DNA of 64,000 nucleotides from Acidilobaceae archaeon (GCA_027037535.1 JALVZQ010000005.1:242686-306685), one strand, 5' to 3'; shown: positions 36,789 through 45,662, counted from the first letter of the stretch. The notes: a model not told the origin generated them from the sequence alone. Numbers and translations are program-made.

Positions 36789-37352
36789 CTAACTTCCCTT
36801 TTTTATTAGTGCGGCTATCTCTCTTACCAGCTTCTCTATCCTCTTATAGGCGTTCTTGATATCCTTCTTGGTGCACCAGCCCTCGTAGAAGCAGACATGC
36901 ATTTCGGTCGCGCTGGCCCATGAGTCGTGAACCCATTCCCCGAACTCATCTCCCAGCCTCCTCTTATACTCCCACAGCTCTCCATGACTTGTTAATCTCT
37001 TACCCTCCCTCCAGTAAGCGTATGCTTTAATAGCTATTGCTGCCGCGCCCCATAGTTTCTTGGCCGCCTGCCTGACATTACCCTTACCAAGCTCCTCACG
37101 TGCCTCCTCCAATAGGTCCTCAGCAGCCTCGATATACTCCAAGGCCCTATCCCGGGGATCTAGGCCTTGGCTTAGGAGCTCGACGAGGTACTCATCGACG
37201 CTAAGACCGTATTTTTCAGCCTTCTCCCGGACCCGCCTGGCTAGACGGCCCCGAATAACCAGCGCCTCAGCCAACCTTGACGCCTCTAAAACAATAATAT
37301 TGGCTCCACGGCTAAAAAGAATAGCCGAAATGGCGGACAGGAACACGTACAT
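36789..37352 (-). CDS. PaREP1-family (HEPN-like) protein with N-terminal RHH-like segment
   Basis: KYGLSVDEYLVELLSQGLDP..AAKKLWGAAAIAIKAYAYWREGKRLTSHGELW..EMHVCFYEGW matches the PaREP1 pattern known from Thermoproteales and Sulfolobales. Confidence 0.6.
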   Translation of the reverse strand: MYVFLSAISAILFSRGANIIVLEASRLAEALVIRGRLARRVREKAEKYGLSVDEYLVELLSQGLDPRDRALEYIEAAEDLLEEAREELGKGNVRQAAKKLWGAAAIAIKAYAYWREGKRLTSHGELWEYKRRLGDEFGEWVHDSWASATEMHVCFYEGWCTKKDIKNAYKRIEKLVREIAALIKKGS

Positions 37353-38262
37353 AGCTAACGCTGTGGAAACGTAGCCCGCAGAGCAGTTCGTGGAGTAGGT
37401 TGCCGAGGTGGGTGAGAGACCCTACATACTATACTATGTATGGGGCGTCAGGGGGTTGTTTCCCGCACACTCCTCCATATTTTATTTAATATAGTAAGGA
37501 GATAAACGCAGACGCTCGACTTCCCACTTCCCGGCTGGCCCTATACACACGGGGCCTGATGACACAGGTCCGCCCGGAGTAGAGGGTTTGCAGAGGTGTC
37601 GGCGGGGATTAGACTGTTACGGTGTCTTCTTCCTCGGTTGCGGCACATATGCCCTCCTCAGCGTGGATGTCGAGTATTTTTCTCCGCTAGCTCGCATGCG
37701 GTGGCCTCGTATACGCCTCATCTTTCTAGCGATGTAGTCTGCCACGTAGCGTGACAGTGGCTCTAGTTTGCGCATGTTGGGCATCAGCCTTACCTCTGCC
37801 TCTATCTCTTCCAGTGGCTCCTGTGTGTCGAGGCCTCGTATACTAAGGCCTTCCTGGACCAGTATTCCGCGGATGCTCCTCTTCCTCACCTTCCACACGC
37901 CGTACTAGAAGCCGAGCCTGGCAGCGAGGCCGGATAGCCCTCCTATCGGATGAAGACCTTTCGAGCTCATTGGTTATCGGCGTTGTTATCACTATCCCGT
38001 CCCTGCGCACGTGCATCCATCCGGGGGAGGCCGTGCTCGGCGAGGACCCCTATCCTGCTCCAGAGGTCTGTAGGTATATCCTTGACTAGTTTCTGGTTGT
38101 GGTTGATGGTTGGCTTCCCTCACAGCCTCCCGGATAACGGTCTAGAATACCTCCTCTTGCTGTAATCTCGCATTTGTTAGCCTCCTACCCGCACCAGATG
38201 TGATGGGTGCAATTGTTCGGGATTGTTTGCTACCGGCACCAATTAGTAGGTAACCGGCTTAG

Positions 38263-38610
38263 TTAGATGGAGATCGAGCTTAGCCAAAACTCCTTAACTT
38301 TGTCTAAAGTAACTAGAGAGATGAAGGGGTTGAAGAACTCATATCCCCGGCCGTAAAGCGCGGTTACGACCTTACACAGAATTAACTCAATATCAACTGT
38401 GTTCGCATCAATCCTTATCTGACCGAGCTTGGTCTTGCGGATACCTGTAGTATCCCTTAGCTTCTCCCAGTCTTCTTTTTGTAGCCGGACCAGTATGTGG
38501 AGACCCCCATGGATTGAGAAATAGTCAGAGTGTTCCAACTCGTACAAGAGTCTCGTGAAAGCCGAGAAACTATCGAAGAGGAGCCTCCGTTGCCTCGCCC
38601 GCATACTCAT
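38263..38610 (-). CDS. hypothetical protein
   Basis: 115-aa ORF abutting repeat copy 2. No motif recognised. Confidence 0.3.
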   Translation of the reverse strand: MSMRARQRRLLFDSFSAFTRLLYELEHSDYFSIHGGLHILVRLQKEDWEKLRDTTGIRKTKLGQIRIDANTVDIELILCKVVTALYGRGYEFFNPFISLVTLDKVKEFWLSSISI

Positions 38611-38711
38611 AAAAGAGTATGAAAAGGCGATGAACCAAGCCGACGAGAACCTCTACACTCGTGCAGGTGTAGTTAATTTGATGAAGGAATCCACGGGAGA
38701 CAAGTGGAGAG

Positions 38712-38850
38712 TGGTGTGGCCCGGGGGGTTTGAACCCCGGGGCCTCCACCAAGTGAGAACACAACCATATGCAATAATCCATACGACAAATATGCATTGA
38801 GTCCAAAAAGTATACTAAATAAGGATATAACTGAAGACTGAAGATTTCAA
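38712..38850 (-). repeat. att-like repeat copy 2
   Basis: TGGTGTGGCCCGGGGGGTTTGAACCCCGGGGCCTCCACCAAGTGAG then AACACAACCATATGCA..AAATATGCATTGAGTCCAAAAA..AAGGATATAAC. Confidence 0.7.
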
Positions 38851-38872
38851 TCACCATTAGATTGTATTAGGA

Positions 38873-39172
38873 TTGCTCTATCTCATGCTAGCTTTAAGAG
38901 AGCTGGGTGAGTCAAATAACTCTTGGGGAGACGGTGTGGAGCGGAAGTTTAAATGGATTGAAATAAATCCAAATGTTTGCCATGGTAAACCAGTGTTCAA
39001 GGGTACAAGAGTCCTTGTGGCTGATGTTCTTGAAATGATTGCATCCGGTATGAGTATTGAGGAGATTTTAGAGGAGTATCCCCAGCTAAACAAGGAGATG
39101 ATTCTTGAGGCAATAGCTCTTGCAGCCGAGCTCCTTAGGAGGGAGAGACGTGTCATACCAATTCCTGCTTGA
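38873..39172 (+). CDS. DUF433-family antitoxin-like protein
   Basis: INPNVCHGKPVFKGTRVLVADVLEMIASGMSIEEILEEYPQL is the DUF433 signature. Confidence 0.75.
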   Translation: MLYLMLALRELGESNNSWGDGVERKFKWIEINPNVCHGKPVFKGTRVLVADVLEMIASGMSIEEILEEYPQLNKEMILEAIALAAELLRRERRVIPIPA

Positions 39173-39422
39173 CGAAAACGTGCCCAGAACAATTTTTAAG
39201 CTACTAAGACAGAAAGGCTTCCACGCCGAATATGTACCTCGAGGTATTGACGATAGAACAGTTATTGAAATAGCTAGAGAAAAGAACTTGGTACTAATTA
39301 CAAGAGATAGCGATTTTGCCGACGAGTTGAGGTATCCGCCTAACTCCCATCCGGGCATTATTGTGCTTCACATCCATCCCTCACTACCAAGGGTGATGGC
39401 TGAACGCCTTGTATTCTTGTGA
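39150..39422 (+). CDS. DUF5615 / Mut7-C-like PIN-related toxin partner of DUF433
   Basis: FLLDENVP..LITRDSDF pattern. GTG 39150 is preceded by GGAGGGAGAG; the track ORF starts at 39120. Confidence 0.65.
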   Translation: MSYQFLLDENVPRTIFKLLRQKGFHAEYVPRGIDDRTVIEIAREKNLVLITRDSDFADELRYPPNSHPGIIVLHIHPSLPRVMAERLVFL

Positions 39423-39522
39423 AGAATATCAAAGAGCTGAACGGAAAGATTATAATAGTATATAATGATAGAATAGAGATTATTGGAAAATAACAATTTT
39501 CTTAAAAGTGTTACCAGTTAGG

Positions 39523-39690
39523 TGGTGGGCCCGCCGGGATTTGAACCCCCACCTTCGCCATGTGAGAACGTCATCGTATGCATTTAATCATTATCATTGA
39601 TATGCATGATAATCTAAAGTGATAAACATTATGGATATCCAGATTAATATTAACAACTGTGCAATATGCATGATGTTAGACGGAGTGTTC
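39523..39690 (-). repeat. att-like repeat copy 3
   Basis: TGGTGGGCCCGCCGGGATTTGAACCCCCACCTTCGCCATGTGAG then AACGTCATCGTATGCA..GATATGCATGATAATCTAAA..ATGGATATCCAGATTAATATTAAC..CAATATGCATG. Confidence 0.7.
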
Positions 39691-39710
39691 TACTCAAGTT
39701 AGGAAAATCT

Positions 39711-40064
39711 TTACTTTAAGCCAAAAATATTACTTAATTCATCCTTAACCTTAGCTAGAGCCTCTTCAGCAAGTCTGCCAACGATCTTCACAACTAATTT
39801 CTTCTCCACAGTAAAAATACTCGAACAATCTATATAGCTTGGCTCCTTCTTTAAGCGGCCAATGGCTAAGTCTGATTGTTTTATCGCTATTCTATTCAAC
39901 CCAGGAGAGCTGGTTATCTTTGCTACTACCATATCGTCGCCTAAGTTTATTGCATTTAATACCAAGACAGGCCTTAGTTTAGAGCCTAGTAAGTCTGTGA
40001 AGGGAAGCTCTAGGATAACAATATCTCCTTGTTTATATTTCGAAGAGTTCTTCGGCATCCTCAC
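39711..40064 (-). CDS. mazF: MazF/PemK-family toxin
   Basis: KQGDIVILELPF..GSKLRPVLVLN..VVAKITSS pattern. Confidence 0.75.
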   Translation of the reverse strand: MRMPKNSSKYKQGDIVILELPFTDLLGSKLRPVLVLNAINLGDDMVVAKITSSPGLNRIAIKQSDLAIGRLKKEPSYIDCSSIFTVEKKLVVKIVGRLAEEALAKVKDELSNIFGLK

Positions 40065-40224
40065 CCTCCCTTAAGAGCCTAAGATATGAATAGAGCTTCT
40101 CCGCATCGACTCCCTCAACTTCTACTATCTTTATCTTGACCTTCTTACCCTCAAGCTCCGTTAAGGGTTTGAGCGGAATAATCACACCGCCCTTAACAAT
40201 ACCCTCTACCTCAGACATCTTCAA
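40033..40224 (-). CDS. DUF104-like small antitoxin
   Basis: VEGIVKGGVIIPLKPLTELEGKKVKIKIVE matches the DUF104 pattern. Overlaps the mazF-like start by 32 nt. Confidence 0.55.
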   Translation of the reverse strand: MKMSEVEGIVKGGVIIPLKPLTELEGKKVKIKIVEVEGVDAEKLYSYLRLLREGEDAEELFEI

Positions 40225-40323
40225 AGCACCACGTGTTACTACTGCTACAGAAGGGTAATCAAGTTACCCCACACTGTCTCCTTTATTCTTGGTAACATTG
40301 CAGAAGCTAATTCGATATATGTT

Positions 40324-40480
40324 TGGTGGGCCCGCAGGGATTAGAGCCCCCGAACCTCCGCCGTGTGAGAACACAACCATATTCAATGCTGTACATCAAC
40401 AATACGCATGTAATCCAAAAAGACTATCAACAAGGATATGCAAGGTGATATTAATTATCATTGGATATGCAATGGCTCTT
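40324..40480 (-). repeat. att-like repeat copy 4
   Basis: TGGTGGGCCCGCAGGGATTAGAGCCCCCGAACCTCCGCCGTGTGAG then AACACAACCATATTCA..ATACGCATGTAATCCAAAAA..AAGGATATGCAAGGTGATATTAAT..GGATATGCAA. Confidence 0.7.
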
Positions 40481-40523
40481 GTAATTCCAACTAATTTATA
40501 TGATGAGCATGTGGCTTCTATTT

Positions 40524-40928
40524 CTAATCTCCAATATAAATAACATTTTCCATATTTCTGAATAACTTATCTCAAGTGACGAGTTTGTCCTGCTTTAGCA
40601 TTGCAATAGAATATACTATTGCATCAGCTAGGCTAGGTGTTCTTAACCTCAGCTTTTTAGATAGCTCTAATAATTCCAGATATATTTCAGAGGCTTTCAG
40701 CGATATCTCTATATCGATTGTTACTACTTCCGTCTTGCTAACAATAAACAGTAATCTCTTTAGAATATCGTCTTCATTGAAACCCTCTCTTCTATATTTC
40801 CTAGCTACTTCAGCTAAGACTATCGATGGAGTGTACCCTTCCTGAGTCTCCAGAAGTCGCTTCACGACAGCACCCTTCTCACTACCTCTAAAATACTCAA
40901 TCCACGCATATGTATCATATACAGGCAA
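40524..40928 (-). pseudogene. vapC: PIN-domain VapC toxin with an in-frame TGA where the conserved Gly of the T-G-D motif is expected
   Basis: MPVYDTYAWIEYF.. PIN start. The ORF stops after ..DKLVT (TGA 40574-40572), yet the same frame continues DKLFRNMENVIYIGD to TAG 40526-40524. Confidence 0.65.
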
Positions 40929-40933
40929 ATCAC

Positions 40934-41140
40934 TTATCCCCTATCCTCCATCCTATCCTTCTCTGTATACGGCTTAACCCTGCCCCTGTCAATACCAAAC
41001 ATGTCCCTGGGAATACCAGCTTTTTCGAGAACTAATTCTTCCAATACTTTCTCTGGGGTGGACATGCCCTGCTCCCTTGCAATTCTAACCAAAATATCAT
41101 ATATACTCTTCTTCACCTTAATAGTCTCCGACAATCTCAC
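40934..41140 (-). CDS. vapB: VapB-type antitoxin (RHH-like)
   Basis: 68 aa immediately upstream of vapC (5-nt gap). Basic N-terminal strand-helix pattern. Confidence 0.55.
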   Translation of the reverse strand: MRLSETIKVKKSIYDILVRIAREQGMSTPEKVLEELVLEKAGIPRDMFGIDRGRVKPYTEKDRMEDRG

Positions 41141-41228
41141 ATCCCAAGCTTATGATAGGAAACGCCTCCTCATATCCTTTACTTAAAGCTCAGATAATGT
41201 TTTGAAGCACATGGAAAGTTCCCATAGG

Positions 41229-41306
41229 TGGTGGGCCCGCGGGGATTTGAACCCCGGACCTCCGCCGTGTGAGGGCGGCGTCCTGACCAGGCTAGACGAC
41301 GGGCCC
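41229..41306 (-). tRNA. tRNA-Val (CAC), CCA encoded
   Basis: Reverse complement GGGCCCG-TC-GTCT..GGAC-G-CCGCC-CTCACAC-GGCGG-AGGTC-CGGGG-TTCAAAT-CCCCG-CGGGCCC-A-CCA folds as a cloverleaf. Confidence 0.95.
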
Positions 41307-41485
41307 CTGGATTTAGGGCTATGTTGGCCCCGTTTTTGATGTGGTATTGTTCATAGAGGTATTTTTCCTTTAGTGTGTCTTGTAGGGTTCATGTATGGTG
41401 TTGGCTTGATATTTCTCTTAACGTAAACCGTTATTGGTGGTTTAGCAATGAAGTCATTGAGAATGCTGTGCTATTGCTTTAGAAA

Positions 41486-41815
41486 ATGCCGGGTGCCCGA
41501 AAACTCTCTTCTATGTTGTCCCTAGTACTCCCTCCTCTAGAAGCTATATCCCTATACGTATATGAGCTAAGTATATTCGCAGTACTCCCACTCATAGCAC
41601 TATATGCCGTTAGACTGTATAAGAAGCCTAAACCGGCTAGTCCTCCTGACGGATGGGATGTATGGCTGTTATGGTATGTCGCTGCCGGATATATGGTAAT
41701 GGATAGTCTTGGCAGAACAATGGTCGCTTCCCTACTCGCATACGGACTCGCTATCCATGGTTATACTGTTCTATTGTGGATGGTATTCGTTGCGGATTAT
41801 CATTCGAGCTATTGA
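41486..41815 (+). CDS. hypothetical membrane protein
   Basis: 109 aa with three or four hydrophobic segments. Confidence 0.35.
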   Translation: MPGARKLSSMLSLVLPPLEAISLYVYELSIFAVLPLIALYAVRLYKKPKPASPPDGWDVWLLWYVAAGYMVMDSLGRTMVASLLAYGLAIHGYTVLLWMVFVADYHSSY

Positions 41816-41892
41816 TAGGATTGGGCTCTACACGAGAAGGGTCGATGGAAAAGAATAGTCGATACTTACAACAAACAATATAATAGAGGATT

Positions 41893-42576
41893 CTAGGGTC
41901 GGACGATTGTACCTATTTCCTCTCCTAAAAATGCTTTGATGAGATTATCTGGTTCATTTCCCTTTATAAAGTGTATCGTTATCCTTGATCTCTCCGCTAT
42001 TTTCATAGCGGTATGGTCGAGGAGAGTATACTTGCCGGGATACTGCGGATATAGATTAATTATTTTTCTAAGCTCTCTATATGTTACTTCTCTTAATAGC
42101 TGGGCTCCAGGGGTTTCTGGAGGCTTATCATATACTCCGTCGATGTTGTTTAGCATGTTAATAACCTTATTTGCTCCAAGAGCCTCGGCTAGTGCAAGTG
42201 ATACTGCGTTTGTACTTTGACCTGGCTGGAGTCCTCCCATTACTGGTATTAGTCCGTTCGCGGCGAGAGATGCAGCCTCTATAATGCCTCGTGGGACGAT
42301 GAGTGGGCTTTTAGGGTAGAGTAATGTGGATAGCATTAGGGCGTTTAATCTTGCGCTCTCTATTCCTAAAATGTCTAGTTTTGCATTATCTACTCCTAGT
42401 TCCTTCAGCGTGTTTATATATGAACGTGCTACTGGGCCCCCTCCAACCACGACTCCTAGTGTGACGCCGTGCTTGACCTTGAGCTCTAGCAATGACCTGG
42501 CTAGATCCCTTAGGTAGCCGGGTTCTGGTGGATAGAGTAGGCTTCCACTTATTTTTACCACTAGTGCTCTAGCCAT
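41893..42576 (-). CDS. pyrH: UMP kinase (archaeal type)
   Basis: VVKISGSLL and GVVVGGGPVAR amino-acid-kinase fold motifs. Confidence 0.9.
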   Translation of the reverse strand: MARALVVKISGSLLYPPEPGYLRDLARSLLELKVKHGVTLGVVVGGGPVARSYINTLKELGVDNAKLDILGIESARLNALMLSTLLYPKSPLIVPRGIIEAASLAANGLIPVMGGLQPGQSTNAVSLALAEALGANKVINMLNNIDGVYDKPPETPGAQLLREVTYRELRKIINLYPQYPGKYTLLDHTAMKIAERSRITIHFIKGNEPDNLIKAFLGEEIGTIVRP

Positions 42577-42662
42577 GCTGTATAGCCCTCCAACGATGAT
42601 AGGCTTAAACCCCTATTATTTTATGCCTGACCGGTAGACACGAGGGCATATCTCTACTATTC

Positions 42663-43049
42663 CTACGGCTGTACAAATTCTATGTCCTTTATACTGACTA
42701 TTCCAACGAGTACTCCGGCATCGTTTACTACTGGTAGATGTCTAACCTTTAGACTCGACATAATGCGCAGGGCCTCAGCCACGCTTTCATCAGGCTTAAC
42801 TGTAACAGGGTTAGGGGTCATCACGTCCCTTATGAGGGTCTTCTCAGGGTCTCTTCTCCTAGCAACTACTCGTCTCAGCAGGTCTCTCTCAGTAAATATT
42901 CCAACCAACCTACCGTTCTCGTCCACTACTGGTAAAGCCCCTATTCCGAGCTTATCCATTATAAGGACTGCGTCCATCACAGTATTATCTGGCTTGACGG
43001 ACACAGGGTTTCTTGTCATAACCTCTTCGACTCTATAATCAAGCCTCAT
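42663..43049 (-). CDS. CBS-domain pair protein
   Basis: Two CBS repeats (VMTRNPVSV..ALPVVDENGRLVGIFTERDL and VMTPNPVTV..HLPVVNDAGVLVGIVSIKDI). Confidence 0.85.
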   Translation of the reverse strand: MRLDYRVEEVMTRNPVSVKPDNTVMDAVLIMDKLGIGALPVVDENGRLVGIFTERDLLRRVVARRRDPEKTLIRDVMTPNPVTVKPDESVAEALRIMSSLKVRHLPVVNDAGVLVGIVSIKDIEFVQP

Positions 43050-43274
43050 CTAGGACACCACTCAATAGTTTAACCATGTATACAGCCCTGTAATATTTCT
43101 ATACTATTCCTAGGCCCCATTAGGGATATCGGCCTCGAACTAACGTGGGTCGCTCCGGGCGATGTCATCACAGAACTTGTCTCAGACAATCTAGCCCTGC
43201 TCATCCCCATACATAGGATCTAGAGAATACTCGGAGATATTTTATTCCGCAATTCTCCTAGGCCAATATGAAAA

Positions 43275-44219
43275 TTATCTACACCATGTCACAGGAGGAG
43301 GCCGAGTATAGTCGTAAGCCCAGGCAGGCTGTGGAACCGGTATAAATCCTAGATCCCAACACTTGCCACAGAACAATGAAGCCTCATACTCATCGCTTAC
43401 AGGATCAGATACAATAACAATCTTGCCTCTCTCTACCGCGTAGACCAATGCATCCAATGCGTTCTGCGCCTCTTCCTTATCTTGAGGAATAAGTGTCGAG
43501 TCTACTGATACCGACCATAGCTCCTCTCTTAGGACTCCATCGATACAGTTAAGAAAGGAATCATTGTAGAGCAGGCTGTATGCCCCTCCAATATTGACAA
43601 TTATTAGGACCTCATCTCCATAGAAGGACTTTATGTTACTCGACAGCTCGCATACAGTTTCAATCATGGCTTCAACCGGATCCACGCTACTCGCCCAAGA
43701 CGGTCTCTGTTCGTCTAATGTGATGGATGCATCGATATTATCGAAATAAACTCCATCGTATCCCTCTCGAAGATACTTTACTGCAAGGTCCTGGATCGTG
43801 TCTATCCATATGGGATTCCAGTACTCTACAAAGTATTCTCCTTCATACTCAGAACTCTCATGAATTATAGATTTAATAGCGGGCTCGTTAAAGTAGCTTC
43901 TCCACTCCTCGGCATAGCCTAGATTAATATACGCTAGTGTCTTCCAAGAATGCTTCTTTACTACCTGTAGCTCTGAGCTAGAGAGTTCTTCGGGCTCCAC
44001 AACAATTATACTCCAATTCGTTTTAGTCAACTCTCTAACACTAACATTATTCAAATAATATACCGCGGGCATCTGTGAAGGAACGCTATCCTTCTCAACG
44101 TAAGGAGACGATACAGTATCCTCGGTTCCTAGACTAGATCCATAATTCATATTGATAACAAACACTAAGACCGATACTGCCATCAGCAACGAAATAATAA
44201 CAATGCCTTTCTTCATCAC
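43275..44219 (-). CDS. secreted/anchored putative glycoside hydrolase (GH114 / TM1410-like TIM barrel)
   Basis: N-terminal TM/signal segment. LAYINLGYAEEWRSYF and GYDGVYFDNIDA resemble the GH114-like family. Confidence 0.45.
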   Translation of the reverse strand: MMKKGIVIISLLMAVSVLVFVINMNYGSSLGTEDTVSSPYVEKDSVPSQMPAVYYLNNVSVRELTKTNWSIIVVEPEELSSSELQVVKKHSWKTLAYINLGYAEEWRSYFNEPAIKSIIHESSEYEGEYFVEYWNPIWIDTIQDLAVKYLREGYDGVYFDNIDASITLDEQRPSWASSVDPVEAMIETVCELSSNIKSFYGDEVLIIVNIGGAYSLLYNDSFLNCIDGVLREELWSVSVDSTLIPQDKEEAQNALDALVYAVERGKIVIVSDPVSDEYEASLFCGKCWDLGFIPVPQPAWAYDYTRPPPVTWCR

Positions 44220-44325
44220 AGCCTACCTTTACACCTAATCAGAAATGAAACCTAGGGATTAACTATAAATCCTTTAAACCTATGAACAAGATTAAAGGAT
44301 TAAGAGAAGAACGCGGTCGGGCGCT

Positions 44326-44401
44326 GGGCCGGTAGCTCAGCTGGAAGAGCGCCGCCCTCGCACGGCGGAGGCCCCGGGTTCAAATCCCGGCCGGTCCACC
44401 A
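44326..44401 (+). tRNA. tRNA-Ala (CGC), CCA encoded
   Basis: GGGCCGG acceptor with G3:U70, CCGCC-CTCGCAC-GGCGG anticodon arm, CCGGG-TTCAAAT-CCCGG T arm. Confidence 0.95.
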
Positions 44402-44802
44402 ATACTCTTTATACCCTATTTCGAGAACGATTTATTGCCACTGTAGTGTATTCGCTAAAGTCGTCCTATAATATATAAATTTCTCCGAATCGGCTGTTTA
44501 CCGCGTATAAGGTTATATCATTTTTCGGCATCCGACGTTAAGTTCATTAAACGTAAATTTTTTCCCTCGTTAATTACCTCGAAGTTTATTATTTTTTATA
44601 CCTTTACTGCGATGTCCAGCTAGAACCTAGCAGTGATCCTAGAAGTATGTTATTGTATGGCCGATAATACGGGAACGAGATGTTTTTCAAGATGAATTAT
44701 AAGGATTGTTTTTGTAGTTATTACTCCTATAGATGTTACTGTTAGGGGATTACTCAATAAAAATTATTGGAGCATGCATGAGTGTCTTCATTGAGAGTAT
44801 TT

Positions 44803-45471
44803 TTATCGTGTTCTGATGAATCTTGCTAGTAGTCTGGCTAGTGGCGGTAGTATTCTTGTCTGTACTAGTACTTCTGCGGGACCGTATACTTCTACTGCGA
44901 GTCCTTCTCCTCCTAGGAAGAATGTTTTGAGTCCTCCTACTTTCACTATTTTGTAGTTCACATTTGCAGGCATTGCTACGAAGTGCATGTTGTCGATGAC
45001 TACTTTCTCCCCTGCATTGACCGTTATTTTTTCTATTGCTCCATAACTGTTAACCCAGATGATTCCGTGGCCTTGTGCTTTTACCCATACGAGTTCTCCT
45101 TCTGCTAGTAGCCCTTTCATCCCTCTCCATGCTATACTGATATCTATATCGCCGTGGTGGGCTAGGTAGCTTGTGTCTTGCACTATCCATGCTTCTCCGG
45201 AGAGATTAATTGCTTCTATGTCTCCTGGAACACCAGGAACGAACCATATCTCTCCTCCGCCTGGCCCTGCATAATAATGGTTTAGAAAGAAGCTTTCTCC
45301 GGCCATTAGCTTTCTGGCGAGGCCCTTGAGGAGGCCTCCGCTCTTTGTTTCGATCTTGACATTTCCTTTTATGAGCATCATGGCTCCCGGTTCCGAGCTT
45401 ACTTTCTCTCCGGGAGAAAGTTTTACTTTCAACACAGGATAGGCTGGGCGTTTATCTATAGTCCACTCCAA
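44803..45471 (-). CDS. AIM24/DUF124 (TIGR00266-type) family protein
   Basis: PVLKVKLSPGEKVSSEPGAMM..GE.FF..YY..G.GEIWF pattern of the AIM24 family. Confidence 0.7.
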   Translation of the reverse strand: MEWTIDKRPAYPVLKVKLSPGEKVSSEPGAMMLIKGNVKIETKSGGLLKGLARKLMAGESFFLNHYYAGPGGGEIWFVPGVPGDIEAINLSGEAWIVQDTSYLAHHGDIDISIAWRGMKGLLAEGELVWVKAQGHGIIWVNSYGAIEKITVNAGEKVVIDNMHFVAMPANVNYKIVKVGGLKTFFLGGEGLAVEVYGPAEVLVQTRILPPLARLLARFIRTR

Positions 45472-45662
45472 TATTCTTCCACCCTGTATTAATATTAGTC
45501 AACTAGAATCATATCTATTTCTTGGTATCTATATTGTTGCACGATCTATAATTATGCTTCTACTCCCAAGTCTATAGAGTTCGATTATATGCGATCAGAT
45601 CTCCTCCTATACATATTAGGCTAATTTATTCTCAGTTCCTGTAAGAGTATTAGATTTGAGGC

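Larger units (their letters stand above)
24363..41228. mobile_element. tRNA-Val(CAC)-linked genomic island: tandem array of four decayed integrated-element remnants
   Basis: Four degenerate direct copies of the tRNA-Val 3' half (24363, 38712, 39523, 40324). Each is followed by the same conserved module, and the array ends at the intact tRNA (41229-41306). Composition is mosaic and the cargo is defence and TA genes. Confidence 0.6.

Noticed and set aside
37617-37898. 93-aa Arg-rich ORF as a real gene
   Set aside because: It has no recognisable motif and lies in the GC-rich block, where several incompatible short frames occur. It is left unannotated and mentioned only in the finding on that block.
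38555-38857. Track ORFs 38555-38800 (+), 38570-38857 (-) and 40289-40543 (+) as genes
   Set aside because: They run straight through the tRNA-derived repeat and the conserved non-coding module. They are best explained as chance open frames.
44402-44802. 400-nt gene-free AT-rich region after tRNA-Ala as an integration scar or small-RNA locus
   Set aside because: No duplicated tRNA-Ala 3' half was found, and I saw no convincing C/D-box (RUGAUGA...CUGA) or H/ACA arrangement.
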